Shown here: positions 1 through 7,292 of the stretch, piece after piece | How the letters are laid out: every line of letters begins with the position of its first letter | How positions within the stretch are numbered: position 1 is the first letter of the stretch | Assembly: GCA_043732745.1 (NCBI GenBank) | Contig: JAYTHH010000221.1 | Span: 1-35,093, forward strand | Direction of reading: 5' to 3' | Length of the DNA stretch: 35,093 bases | Source: Rhodospirillales bacterium | GTDB taxonomy: Bacteria > Pseudomonadota > Alphaproteobacteria > Acetobacterales > Acetobacteraceae | Made by a program: the position numbers and the translations under genes | The notes under the pieces: model-generated | What the model was told of the DNA's origin: nothing | Databases searched by the model: none | The model's input: only the letters and a program-made list of their open reading frames with translations

Positions 1-20
1 CCCGCCGCGCACTACCGCCG

Positions 21-341
21 TTGATGCAGCTTTCGGATGCGGCTGCCGAGCGTTTGGCGGCACTTTACGCCAAGGGAGACAACGGCAAGCTGCTGCGCAT
101 CGCGGTCAGCACCAAAGGGTGCTCGGGCATGTCGTACGATATGAGCTGGGTTGATGCAGCGGCACCGACTGATGAGGTGGTGGTCGATAAGGGGCTGACC
201 GTGCTGGTGGATCGGAAAGCCACGCTTTTCCTGATCGGCACCACGATGGATTACGAGGTGAAGGCGCTGTCGGTCGGGTTCACTTTCGTCAATCCGAACG
301 AGAAGGGCCGTTGCGGCTGCGGCGAAAGCTTCCACGTATAG
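21..341 (+). CDS. HesB/IscA-family A-type iron-sulfur cluster carrier/insertion protein
   Basis: The 106-aa ORF carries the family Cys triad: KGCSGMSY and a C-terminal CGCGESF ending in HV. The reading frame is open back to base 3, so the true start could be the ATG at 24, the TTG at 21, or lie upstream of the window. Confidence 0.85.
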   Translation: MMQLSDAAAERLAALYAKGDNGKLLRIAVSTKGCSGMSYDMSWVDAAAPTDEVVVDKGLTVLVDRKATLFLIGTTMDYEVKALSVGFTFVNPNEKGRCGCGESFHV

Positions 342-367
342 CAGCAGGTGTTTCATGGGAGTGGGCG

Positions 368-778
368 ATGCGCATTGTGCTGGCGTTGGTGATCGGATTG
401 ATTGCAGGCGCGGCGAACGCGCAAACTCCTGCGGATCGCGCAGCGATTCAGTCGGTGATCACCGGCCAGCTGGATGCCTTCCACCATGATGACGCTGATG
501 CGGCATTCGACAAAGCCTCGCCAATGATCCGTGAGATGTTCGGCACTCCTGGCTACTTTCTCAGTATGGTCCAGCATGGTTATCCGCCGGTGTATCGCGC
601 GCGGCAGTCGGTGTTCGCCGGGCTGGTGCAGGATGAGGGCCGGATCATCCAGAAGGTGGAGTTGGTCGGGCCGGATGGGCGCGACTATCTGGCGCTTTAC
701 ACCATGGAACACCAGGAGGATGGGAGCTGGAAGATCAATGGGTGCCAGTTGACGGAGAGCGAGAAGGTGGGAGCGTAG
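368..778 (+). CDS. DUF4864-like (NTF2/SnoaL-like fold) secreted protein
   Basis: The track ORF is 311..778. I trimmed the start to the ATG at 368, which has GGGAG 6 nt upstream and gives a signal-peptide-like N-terminus, MRIVLALVIGLIAGAANAQ. The body (AIQSVITGQLDAF...DGSWKINGCQL) matches my memory of the DUF4864 pattern. Confidence 0.7.
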   Translation: MRIVLALVIGLIAGAANAQTPADRAAIQSVITGQLDAFHHDDADAAFDKASPMIREMFGTPGYFLSMVQHGYPPVYRARQSVFAGLVQDEGRIIQKVELVGPDGRDYLALYTMEHQEDGSWKINGCQLTESEKVGA

Positions 779-835
779 GTCGGGCGAACCCCGACATTGC
801 CGGGGTTCGCTGTTGCCGGGCAGTGCCCGACCTAC
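775..835. terminator. Nested hairpin between convergent genes; candidate bidirectional terminator
   Basis: The outer stem is a perfect 11 bp, GTAGGTCGGGC (775-785) pairing with GCCCGACCTAC (825-835). It encloses a perfect 8-bp hairpin, GAACCCCG (786-793) / CGGGGTTC (801-808), with a 7-nt loop. TTT follows on the + strand. The element sits exactly between the stop at 778 (+) and the stop at 841 (-). Confidence 0.55.
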
Positions 836-840
836 TTTCG

Positions 841-1287
841 TCAGGCGGCCAGGTGAAGCTCGATGTCGTGCGTGGTGTGGCCGACAAGATCCTTGCCGAG
901 CTCGGCCGTGAGAATCGCTTTCAGGGCCGGTGTAAGGCGTGTGCGCAAAATGCCCAACGCCTTGGGCGGGGCGACGATTACCAGATTCTTCACATGATGC
1001 TCGGCCACCAGGGCGTCCAGCGTCTGCACCGTGGCGTTGAGGAAATCGGTCTCGCCGACTTCATGCCAATCGGTTTCCTCGTTGGCACTTCGGGCAGAGC
1101 CGACTGATTGGTAGACGCGGCCGGGGCGGTCGGTGCCGAGGTCGTGCGCCATGGCCAGCTTCTGCACGGCAACATCGACAAGTTCGAGATGTGGCTTCAT
1201 GGCGCTGCCGGAATTGCTGAAAATCAGTGCCTTGGCGCCGTCGCAAACAAGAACCCAGCTGCCGGATTGTCGTGATATTTCGCTCAT
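841..1287 (-). CDS. Host attachment protein family (Pfam Host_attach-like) protein
   Basis: The 148-aa ORF has an ATG at 1287 preceded by a GGGAGA SD. The sequence (WVLVCDGAKALIF...HDLGTDRPGRV...ETDWHEVGETDFL...LVIVAPPKALGILR) matches my recollection of the alphaproteobacterial 'host attachment' family. Confidence 0.7.
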   Translation of the reverse strand: MSEISRQSGSWVLVCDGAKALIFSNSGSAMKPHLELVDVAVQKLAMAHDLGTDRPGRVYQSVGSARSANEETDWHEVGETDFLNATVQTLDALVAEHHVKNLVIVAPPKALGILRTRLTPALKAILTAELGKDLVGHTTHDIELHLAA

Positions 1288-1371
1288 TTGTGGTCTCCCG
1301 AGTGGATCACTCCCAGGGACTCTAGGCCGATCTCGGGTGCGCCTGCATTAATACGGATCAATTCTCTGACG

Positions 1372-2592
1372 TCAGCGGATGAACAGACTCACGCTTTCCA
1401 ATCGCGCCGACCATAGGAACTGGTCCACCGGCTGGGTGGATATCAGCTTGAACCCCACGCCGCGTAGCATGGCGGCATCGCGGCCGAGAGCGCCAGGGTT
1501 GCAGCTCACATAGATGACGCGCTTGGTCTTGGACGCCGCGATCTGCGCCGTCTGTGTCTCGGCGCCGCCATGCGGGGGGTCGAGCACGACGCAGGCGAAG
1601 GCATCGATTTCTTTGGCGGACAGTGGCTGGCGCACCAGGTCGCGCTTTTCCACAGTCACGCGGCCGGTCTGGCCTGAGGCGTCGGCCGCGGCCTTCAGCG
1701 CGCCGGCAGCGAGCGGGTCGCCTTCGACGGCGTGCACCCGCATGTGTTTGGCAATGGCGAAGGTGAGGGTGCCGCTGCCGGCGTAAAGCTCCAACACGCG
1801 GGATTTCGCCGTCGGTTTGGCGGGCAGGGAGGCCATGACGGCGGCGATGATCGCGGCCTCGCCGGGGCGGGAGGCCTGGAGGAAGCCGCCGGGCGGGGGA
1901 ATGACGTCGGTGCCGGAGAAGCTGGTGGTGGCGGGGCGGAGCAGGGCTGCGATCTCGGGCGTGCCGGTGTTCTGTGCCCACATGACGCGCGGCATCTTGT
2001 GTTCGGTGGCGAAGGCGGCGAGGCGGGTGCGGTCGACCACCGAGAGCGGTCGGTCGGTGCGCAGCAGCAGATCGGGGCCGCTGTCGAGCAGGTTGACGAT
2101 GGCCGAGCCCTCGCGGCCCAGCCCGTTCAGACCGCGCAGCAGCACGCGCATGGGGGCGATGAGTTTGAAGAGCTTCGGGTGCAGGACGTGGCATTCAATG
2201 AGATCGATCACCGTGGAGTCGCGCGCGGCGTGCAGCCCCAGGGTGATGCCGAGATCGCGCCTGATGGCAAGGTCCATGCGGCGGCGTTGGTAGGGTGGTG
2301 TTTGGATGATGGGCAGCGGGTCTGGTTCGAAGCCGGCGCGACGCAGGGCGGCCGTGAGCAGGTTCGTTTTCCAGGCGAAGTATTCGTGGCTGTCCCAATG
2401 CTGCAACGCGCAGCCGCCGCAGGTGGCAAAATGCAGGCAGGGTGGCTCGATGCGCTGCGGGCTTGGTTCCAGCACCACGTCGGCGACTGCGGCCAAACCC
2501 TCGCCGCGCTTGCCGGTTGGGCGGACGTCGCACAGTTCTCCCGGCAGGGTGAAGGGCACATAGACCCGCTCGCCCGTTGGCAGCTCGCTCAC
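1372..2592 (-). CDS. Class I SAM-dependent RNA (uracil-5-)-methyltransferase, RumA/RlmD/TrmA family
   Basis: The 406-aa ORF has a GTG start. It shows a Cys cluster C..F..CGGC (PPCLHFATCGGCALQHW) typical of the RumA-type 4Fe-4S site. The SAM-binding motif is VLELYAGSGTLTF, followed by VLDPP and the catalytic-Cys motif YVSCNPGAL. Confidence 0.85.
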   Translation of the reverse strand: MSELPTGERVYVPFTLPGELCDVRPTGKRGEGLAAVADVVLEPSPQRIEPPCLHFATCGGCALQHWDSHEYFAWKTNLLTAALRRAGFEPDPLPIIQTPPYQRRRMDLAIRRDLGITLGLHAARDSTVIDLIECHVLHPKLFKLIAPMRVLLRGLNGLGREGSAIVNLLDSGPDLLLRTDRPLSVVDRTRLAAFATEHKMPRVMWAQNTGTPEIAALLRPATTSFSGTDVIPPPGGFLQASRPGEAAIIAAVMASLPAKPTAKSRVLELYAGSGTLTFAIAKHMRVHAVEGDPLAAGALKAAADASGQTGRVTVEKRDLVRQPLSAKEIDAFACVVLDPPHGGAETQTAQIAASKTKRVIYVSCNPGALGRDAAMLRGVGFKLISTQPVDQFLWSARLESVSLFIR

Positions 2593-2648
2593 CCCGTCGC
2601 CATCGCTGCCCAGCCGCTGGATGCGGATCTGGGCAGATGCCGGAAGGG

Positions 2649-3869
2649 TTACGCCCCGAATGCCGACAATCCTGTCTGTGCCCGGCCAAGGATGAGGGCG
2701 TGCACGTCGTGCGTGCCCTCGTAGGTGTTCACGGCCTCAAGGTTCATCACGTGGCGGATGACATGGTATTCGTCGGCGATGCCGTTGCCGCCATGCATGT
2801 CACGCGACATGCGGGCGATATCCAGCGACTTGCCGCAGCTGTTGCGCTTGCACAGGCTGATCATCTCGGCGGCGGCGGCGTGTTCGTCCATCAGCCGGCC
2901 GAGGCGGAGGACGGCCTGCAGGCCGATGGTGATTTCGGTCTGCATGTCTGCCAGCTTCTTCTGAATAAGCTGGGTGGCGGCCAGGGGGCGGCCGAACATC
3001 ATACGCTGCATGGTGTAGTCGCGTGCCGCGTGCCAGCAGAACTCGGCGGAGCCCAGGGCACCCCAGGCGATGCCGTAGCGGGCGCGGTTAAGGCAGGAGA
3101 ACGGGCCGCGGAGCCCTTTCACCTTCGGCAGCATGTTGCCCGCGGGGACGAACACGTCGGACATCATGATCATGCCGGTGATGCTGGCGCGCAGGCTGAA
3201 CTTGCCTTCGATCTTGGGCGCAGTGAGGCCCTTCATGCCCTTTTCGAGGATGAAGCCGCGGATGTCGCCGGCGTCGTCCTTGGCCCAGACGATGAACACG
3301 TCCGCAATCGGGGAGTTGGTGATCCAGGTCTTGGAGCCGCTGACGAGATAGCCGCCGTCCACGGACTTGGCGCGGGTGCGCATCGAGGCGGGGTCGGAGC
3401 CTGCATCTGGTTCGGTCAGGCCGAAGCAGCCGACGAACTCGCCGGTGCGCAGCTTGGGCAGGAAGCGGTCTTTCTGATCTTCGGAGCCGAATTCGTGGAT
3501 CGGGAACATGACCAGCGAGGACTGCACGGAAAACGCGCTGCGATAGCCGCTGTCGACGCGTTCGACCTCGCGGGCCATCAGGCCGTAGCTGACGTAGTTC
3601 ACGCCGGCGCAGCCGTGGCTGTCGAGCGTGGCGCCGAGGAAGCCGAGTTCGCCGAACTCGTTCATGATCTCGCGGTCGAACTTTTCATGGCGATTGGCCA
3701 TAAGGACGCGCGGCATCAGCTTGTCCTGGCAATAGGCGTTCGCGGCATCGCGGATGGCGCGCTCGTCTTCTGAGAGCTGGCCATCCAGCATCAACGCGTC
3801 GTCCCATTTGAACGGGGCCAGCGGGGACTTCTTGGCGACTTCGACGGTGATCGGGGAAATGACGTTCAT
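2649..3869 (-). CDS. gcdH: Glutaryl-CoA dehydrogenase (acyl-CoA dehydrogenase family)
   Basis: The 406-aa ORF has an ATG at 3869 with GGAGGA 7 nt upstream. The N-terminus [37 protein letters not shown]...[11 protein letters not shown] closely parallels GcdH proteins. ACAD motifs are present throughout ([29 protein letters not shown]). Confidence 0.9.
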   Translation of the reverse strand: MNVISPITVEVAKKSPLAPFKWDDALMLDGQLSEDERAIRDAANAYCQDKLMPRVLMANRHEKFDREIMNEFGELGFLGATLDSHGCAGVNYVSYGLMAREVERVDSGYRSAFSVQSSLVMFPIHEFGSEDQKDRFLPKLRTGEFVGCFGLTEPDAGSDPASMRTRAKSVDGGYLVSGSKTWITNSPIADVFIVWAKDDAGDIRGFILEKGMKGLTAPKIEGKFSLRASITGMIMMSDVFVPAGNMLPKVKGLRGPFSCLNRARYGIAWGALGSAEFCWHAARDYTMQRMMFGRPLAATQLIQKKLADMQTEITIGLQAVLRLGRLMDEHAAAAEMISLCKRNSCGKSLDIARMSRDMHGGNGIADEYHVIRHVMNLEAVNTYEGTHDVHALILGRAQTGLSAFGA

Positions 3870-3872
3870 GGC

Positions 3873-5735
3873 TTAATCCTCCGTGTCGGCTGCGTCCTGC
3901 GATGCGGGCGCCGTTGTGGGAACATGGCGCTTCGGCATCGCTGTCACCAGCATGAACGCGGGTGTTTCGTCACCGAAGCCGAGCACGGCGGGTCCGAGAT
4001 CGTCATCGCGGCGCGGACGATCGCGATTGCGGTCGAAGCGTGGGTTGGCGTTGCGGTCGAAGCGCGGCTCGGGTGCACGCTCCACCGCACGTTCGATCGG
4101 CCGCGGCTCCAAATTGACCTCGGGCTGCGGAGCGTCCACCGGGACAGGTGCAGCTTCGGCACGCGAACGCCCGCGCGGCTCACGGCGCGGCTCGCTGCGC
4201 TTCGGCTTGGTCTCATCGGCGACTTTGGACGTGGCTTCGACGACCTCTTCGGCCTTGGGCTCACGCTTGGTGTCCCGCTTCGGCTTGTCCGATTTCGCGT
4301 CGACCGGCTTGCCACGCCCGCGGCCCCGCTTGCCGCGACCCTCGGAAAATTCCACCGGGTCGAGCCCATCGATCGTCACCGTCTCGAACTTCGTATTGGT
4401 CAGCTTCTCGATCGCCTCCACCGCCAGGCGATCATCGGGCGTGGCCAGCATGAAGGTCTTGCCTTCCTTGCCGGCGCGCCCGGTGCGACCGATGCGATGG
4501 ACGAAATCCTCGGCATGGATGGGCACGTCGAAGTTGAAGACATGACTCAGCCCGCCGATATCGATGCCACGCGCCGCCACATCGGAGCAGCAGAGCAGGC
4601 GTAGATCACCGGCCTTGAATTTCTCCAGCGTGGCGAAGCGCACCGGCTGCGCCATGTCGCCATGCAGGGCGCCGACATCGAAGCCGTGCCGCGCGAGCGA
4701 CTTGAACAGGATGTCCACGTCCTTCTTGCGGTTGCAGAAGATCAGCGCGTTCTGCACGTCCTCGGACCGGATCAGCCGGCGCAGGGCCTCACGCTTGTCG
4801 GTTTCGGCCACCATCACCAGGCGCGAGGTGATCGTGGGGGCAACGGACGCAGGCTTGGAGACCGAGATCTCCTTTGGGTTGCGCAAGAACGCATCGGCCA
4901 GGCGCTTGATCTCCGGCGCCATCGTCGCCGAGAAGAACAGAGTCTGTCGGCTGGGTGGCAGCATCGCCACGATGCGCTCGACATCGGGAATGAAACCCAT
5001 GTCCAGCATGCGGTCGGCTTCGTCGATCACAAGCACAGAGGTCTGTGTCAGCAACATGCCGCCGCGCTCGAACATGTCGATCAGCCGGCCCGGGGTGGCG
5101 ATCAGCACGTCCACACCCTTGTTCAGCAGGTCCTTCTGGTCGGACATGCTCTCGCCGCCGATGATCAGCGCGTGCGTGAGTTTCAGATGCTTGCCATATT
5201 TGACGAAGTTCTCGGCCACCTGAAGGGCGAGTTCACGCGTCGGCTCCAGGATCAGGCTGCGCGGCATCCGGGCGCGGGCGCGGCTGCCTTGCAGAATGTC
5301 GAGCATGGGCAGCGTGAAGCTGGCGGTCTTGCCGGTGCCAGTCTGGGCGCAGCCGAGAACGTCGCGGCCCATCAGCACATAGGGGATGGCCTGCGCCTGA
5401 ATCGGCGTGGGGGTGAGGTAGCCCATCTCGGCAATGGCGCGCAGGATGGGTTCCGACAGGCCGAGATCGGCGAAGCCGTTTTTCTCGGGCTCGGCTTCTT
5501 CCGCCGTTTCGCTTTCGTCTTCGCTGTCGGTGACGGCAGCGATGTTCATGTCTCCGAGGGTGGTGTCCTCGGGCGCGGCTTCTTCAGTCCGCGGTGCATC
5601 GGCGGCCTCTGGCAAAGCGGCGACAATCTCCGACTGGGTGACGACGGCCGCCGGCACAGCGGCATCAGGCTTGTGATGCACGGTGTCCGCGTCTTGTGCC
5701 GACGATGTCTCGGACGGAGTCTGGGTCTCGATCAA
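3873..5735 (-). CDS. DEAD-box ATP-dependent RNA helicase (RhlE-like) with an acidic N-terminal and a basic/RG-rich C-terminal extension
   Basis: The helicase motifs are all present: Q motif GYLTPTPIQAQAIP, motif I AQTGTGKT, Ia PTRELA, TPGR, II DEAD, III SAT, V ARGID, VI HRIGRTGRAG. The maximal ORF runs to 5861, which would leave only 13 nt before the divergent gene at 5875. I therefore prefer the TTG at 5735, which has GGAAG 10 nt upstream. The ATG at 5549 is an alternative. The start is uncertain. Confidence 0.85.
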   Translation of the reverse strand: MIETQTPSETSSAQDADTVHHKPDAAVPAAVVTQSEIVAALPEAADAPRTEEAAPEDTTLGDMNIAAVTDSEDESETAEEAEPEKNGFADLGLSEPILRAIAEMGYLTPTPIQAQAIPYVLMGRDVLGCAQTGTGKTASFTLPMLDILQGSRARARMPRSLILEPTRELALQVAENFVKYGKHLKLTHALIIGGESMSDQKDLLNKGVDVLIATPGRLIDMFERGGMLLTQTSVLVIDEADRMLDMGFIPDVERIVAMLPPSRQTLFFSATMAPEIKRLADAFLRNPKEISVSKPASVAPTITSRLVMVAETDKREALRRLIRSEDVQNALIFCNRKKDVDILFKSLARHGFDVGALHGDMAQPVRFATLEKFKAGDLRLLCCSDVAARGIDIGGLSHVFNFDVPIHAEDFVHRIGRTGRAGKEGKTFMLATPDDRLAVEAIEKLTNTKFETVTIDGLDPVEFSEGRGKRGRGRGKPVDAKSDKPKRDTKREPKAEEVVEATSKVADETKPKRSEPRREPRGRSRAEAAPVPVDAPQPEVNLEPRPIERAVERAPEPRFDRNANPRFDRNRDRPRRDDDLGPAVLGFGDETPAFMLVTAMPKRHVPTTAPASQDAADTED

Positions 5736-5874
5736 GTTTTGTTTGCTTCCAAGGCGGCGCCAGCGCAGGCGCACGGCAAAACGCGCGGGAAGGCCGCGCG
5801 ATGGCGTCGGTATCGAGAAAAAAGCCCCGAAAGTCAAGGTTGGCGGCCATGTGCGCAGCACTTAGAAGCGTCCC

Positions 5875-6567
5875 ATGAACGAAGATCTGCTTTTCCTGCC
5901 GGGACTTCTCTGTGACAGCCGGCTCTGGCGCCACCAGATCGAGGCCACTCCCCACGCCACCGTCGCCGATCTAACCCAGGACGACCATATCGACGCGATG
6001 GCCTTCCGCGCATTGGCGGCCATGCCAGGCCGTTTCGCGCTGTGCGGCCTGTCGATGGGCGGCTACGTGGCGCTCGCGATCATGCGGCTGGCGCCCGAGC
6101 GCGTCACAAGGCTGGCGTTGTTCGACACCTCCGCCCGCGCCGACACGCCGGAGCAGTCACGCCGCAGACGGGGATTGATGGCGATGACCCGCGGCAACCG
6201 CTTTCGCGGCGTCACGCCAAGATTGCTGCCGCAACTGCTGCACCCCGATCATCTGTCCAACGAGACCCTCACCCGTGATGTCCTCGACATGGCCGAAGCG
6301 GTGGGACGCGACGCATTCCTCCGCCAGCAGCAGGCAATCCTGCAGCGTGCGGACAGCCTGGCGCTGCTGCCCGCCATCGCGGTGCCGACGATCGTTGCGG
6401 TGGGCGATGGCGATGTCCTGACGCCTTGGGCTTTGGCCGAGGAAATGGCGTCCCTGATTCCGAACGCTTCCCTGCACCGCATCGCCAATGCCGGTCACCT
6501 GCCGCCGATGGAGCAGCCGGAGGCGGTCAATGAAATTCTTCAATACTGGATTTCCCTGCCGCGCTGA
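5875..6567 (+). CDS. Alpha/beta-fold hydrolase
   Basis: The 230-aa ORF has the nucleophile elbow GLSMGG, an Asp region VGDGDVLTP and the catalytic His context NAGHLPPMEQPE. Confidence 0.85.
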   Translation: MNEDLLFLPGLLCDSRLWRHQIEATPHATVADLTQDDHIDAMAFRALAAMPGRFALCGLSMGGYVALAIMRLAPERVTRLALFDTSARADTPEQSRRRRGLMAMTRGNRFRGVTPRLLPQLLHPDHLSNETLTRDVLDMAEAVGRDAFLRQQQAILQRADSLALLPAIAVPTIVAVGDGDVLTPWALAEEMASLIPNASLHRIANAGHLPPMEQPEAVNEILQYWISLPR

Positions 6568-6632
6568 GGTCATCAATCACAACAGGCAAACTTCATCTGG
6601 AGATGCTCCTGATGCGCAGGATTCTGCATCTG

Positions 6633-6654
6633 CCCCCGCCCCCGCCCCCGCCCC
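6633..6654. repeat. C5-G hexanucleotide tract (CCCCCG x3 + CCCC); G-quadruplex / i-motif-capable sequence
   Basis: Read directly, the + strand is CCCCCGCCCCCGCCCCCGCCCC. The minus strand therefore has four G4-5 runs separated by single C loops. The tract lies in the 238-nt untranslated gap between the stop at 6567 and the start at 6806. Confidence 0.8.
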
Positions 6655-6805
6655 ACCAGCACCGGCCGTACCTTCGGCAACGCCCGACTTGCCCCGCCAA
6701 ACCATCTTGGTTTGCCCAGCCCACGCGACGATCATGGTCGCTTTGCCGAACCGCGAGTGCCATACCACCGACGAGCATCGGTGCGCTCGGTAAGGGAATG
6801 AAAGC

Positions 6806-7273
6806 ATGTTTTCGGTGGGACAAAAGGTCTGGCATCGCCGTGGCCAGCCAAGCGGCACCGTTCTCGAATGCGATGGCGATCGGGTTTATCTCCAGCAGGA
6901 CAACGGTGCCGAGGTGGATTTCCCTGCCGCCGACCTGCGTGCCTCACCGCCGGAGGAAGCCGTGCCTCGCATTGCGCACAGCAAGGAAGGCCATGTGGTT
7001 CCCAACCGCGTGATCACGCCGCGCGACATCACGCCTGAGCATCAGCGGGTTCTCGACACCATTCCCGCGCGCACCATGCAGGCCATCGCCGCCGTGTTCG
7101 AGCGTCGGCCGAAAGCGGGGAAATTCAGCGCGCAGGACGCTGCCGCGAAGCTGAACGTGATCACTGAAATCACCGAAGTGCCGTACCGCACCATGCGCAC
7201 CTATATCGGCCGCCCTGGTGAACTCGGCCTCCTGATGGGTAAGGGGATTGCGGATAGCCAGAAAGGGGGCTGA
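6806..7273 (+). CDS. Hypothetical protein, no family recognised
   Basis: The 155-aa ORF has an ATG preceded by AAGGGA 8 nt upstream, and its third-position GC bias is consistent with coding. The N-terminal ~45 aa (GQKVWHRRGQPSGTVLECDGDRVYLQQDNGAEVDFPAADL) looks like a small SH3/Tudor-like beta domain. The rest is unassigned. Confidence 0.6.
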   Translation: MFSVGQKVWHRRGQPSGTVLECDGDRVYLQQDNGAEVDFPAADLRASPPEEAVPRIAHSKEGHVVPNRVITPRDITPEHQRVLDTIPARTMQAIAAVFERRPKAGKFSAQDAAAKLNVITEITEVPYRTMRTYIGRPGELGLLMGKGIADSQKGG

Positions 7274-7292
7274 TACCACCGTAGTGCTTTGA

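Noticed and set aside
1367-1374. A TGACGTCA palindrome at the methyltransferase stop.
   Set aside because: An 8-bp palindrome overlapping a stop codon is expected by chance in 35 kb, and nothing in its context is supportive.
1732-3773. Long + strand ORFs (1732..2724 and 2577..3773) antisense to the methyltransferase and gcdH, and the Arg-rich 1358..2194 minus-strand ORF.
   Set aside because: They have low-complexity Arg/Gly/Ala/His composition and no motifs. The annotated frames have strong family signatures.
5736-5861. N-terminal 42 codons of the maximal helicase ORF (MLRTWPPTLTFGAFF...).
   Set aside because: Keeping them would leave 13 nt for two divergent promoters, and the sequence is hydrophobic and Arg-rich, unlike the rest of the protein. 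I retained it only as a possibility in the start-site finding. A weak CCTTG/CGGGG hairpin plus T6 run on the minus strand (about 5815-5845) is too weak to call.
6488-7013. ORFs 6488..6793, 6603..7013 and 6577..6858, which encode PAPAPAPP, PPPPPPP or GAGAGAG runs.
   Set aside because: They are translations of the (CCCCCG)n tract in different frames, overlap each other and real genes, and have no SD or family resemblance.
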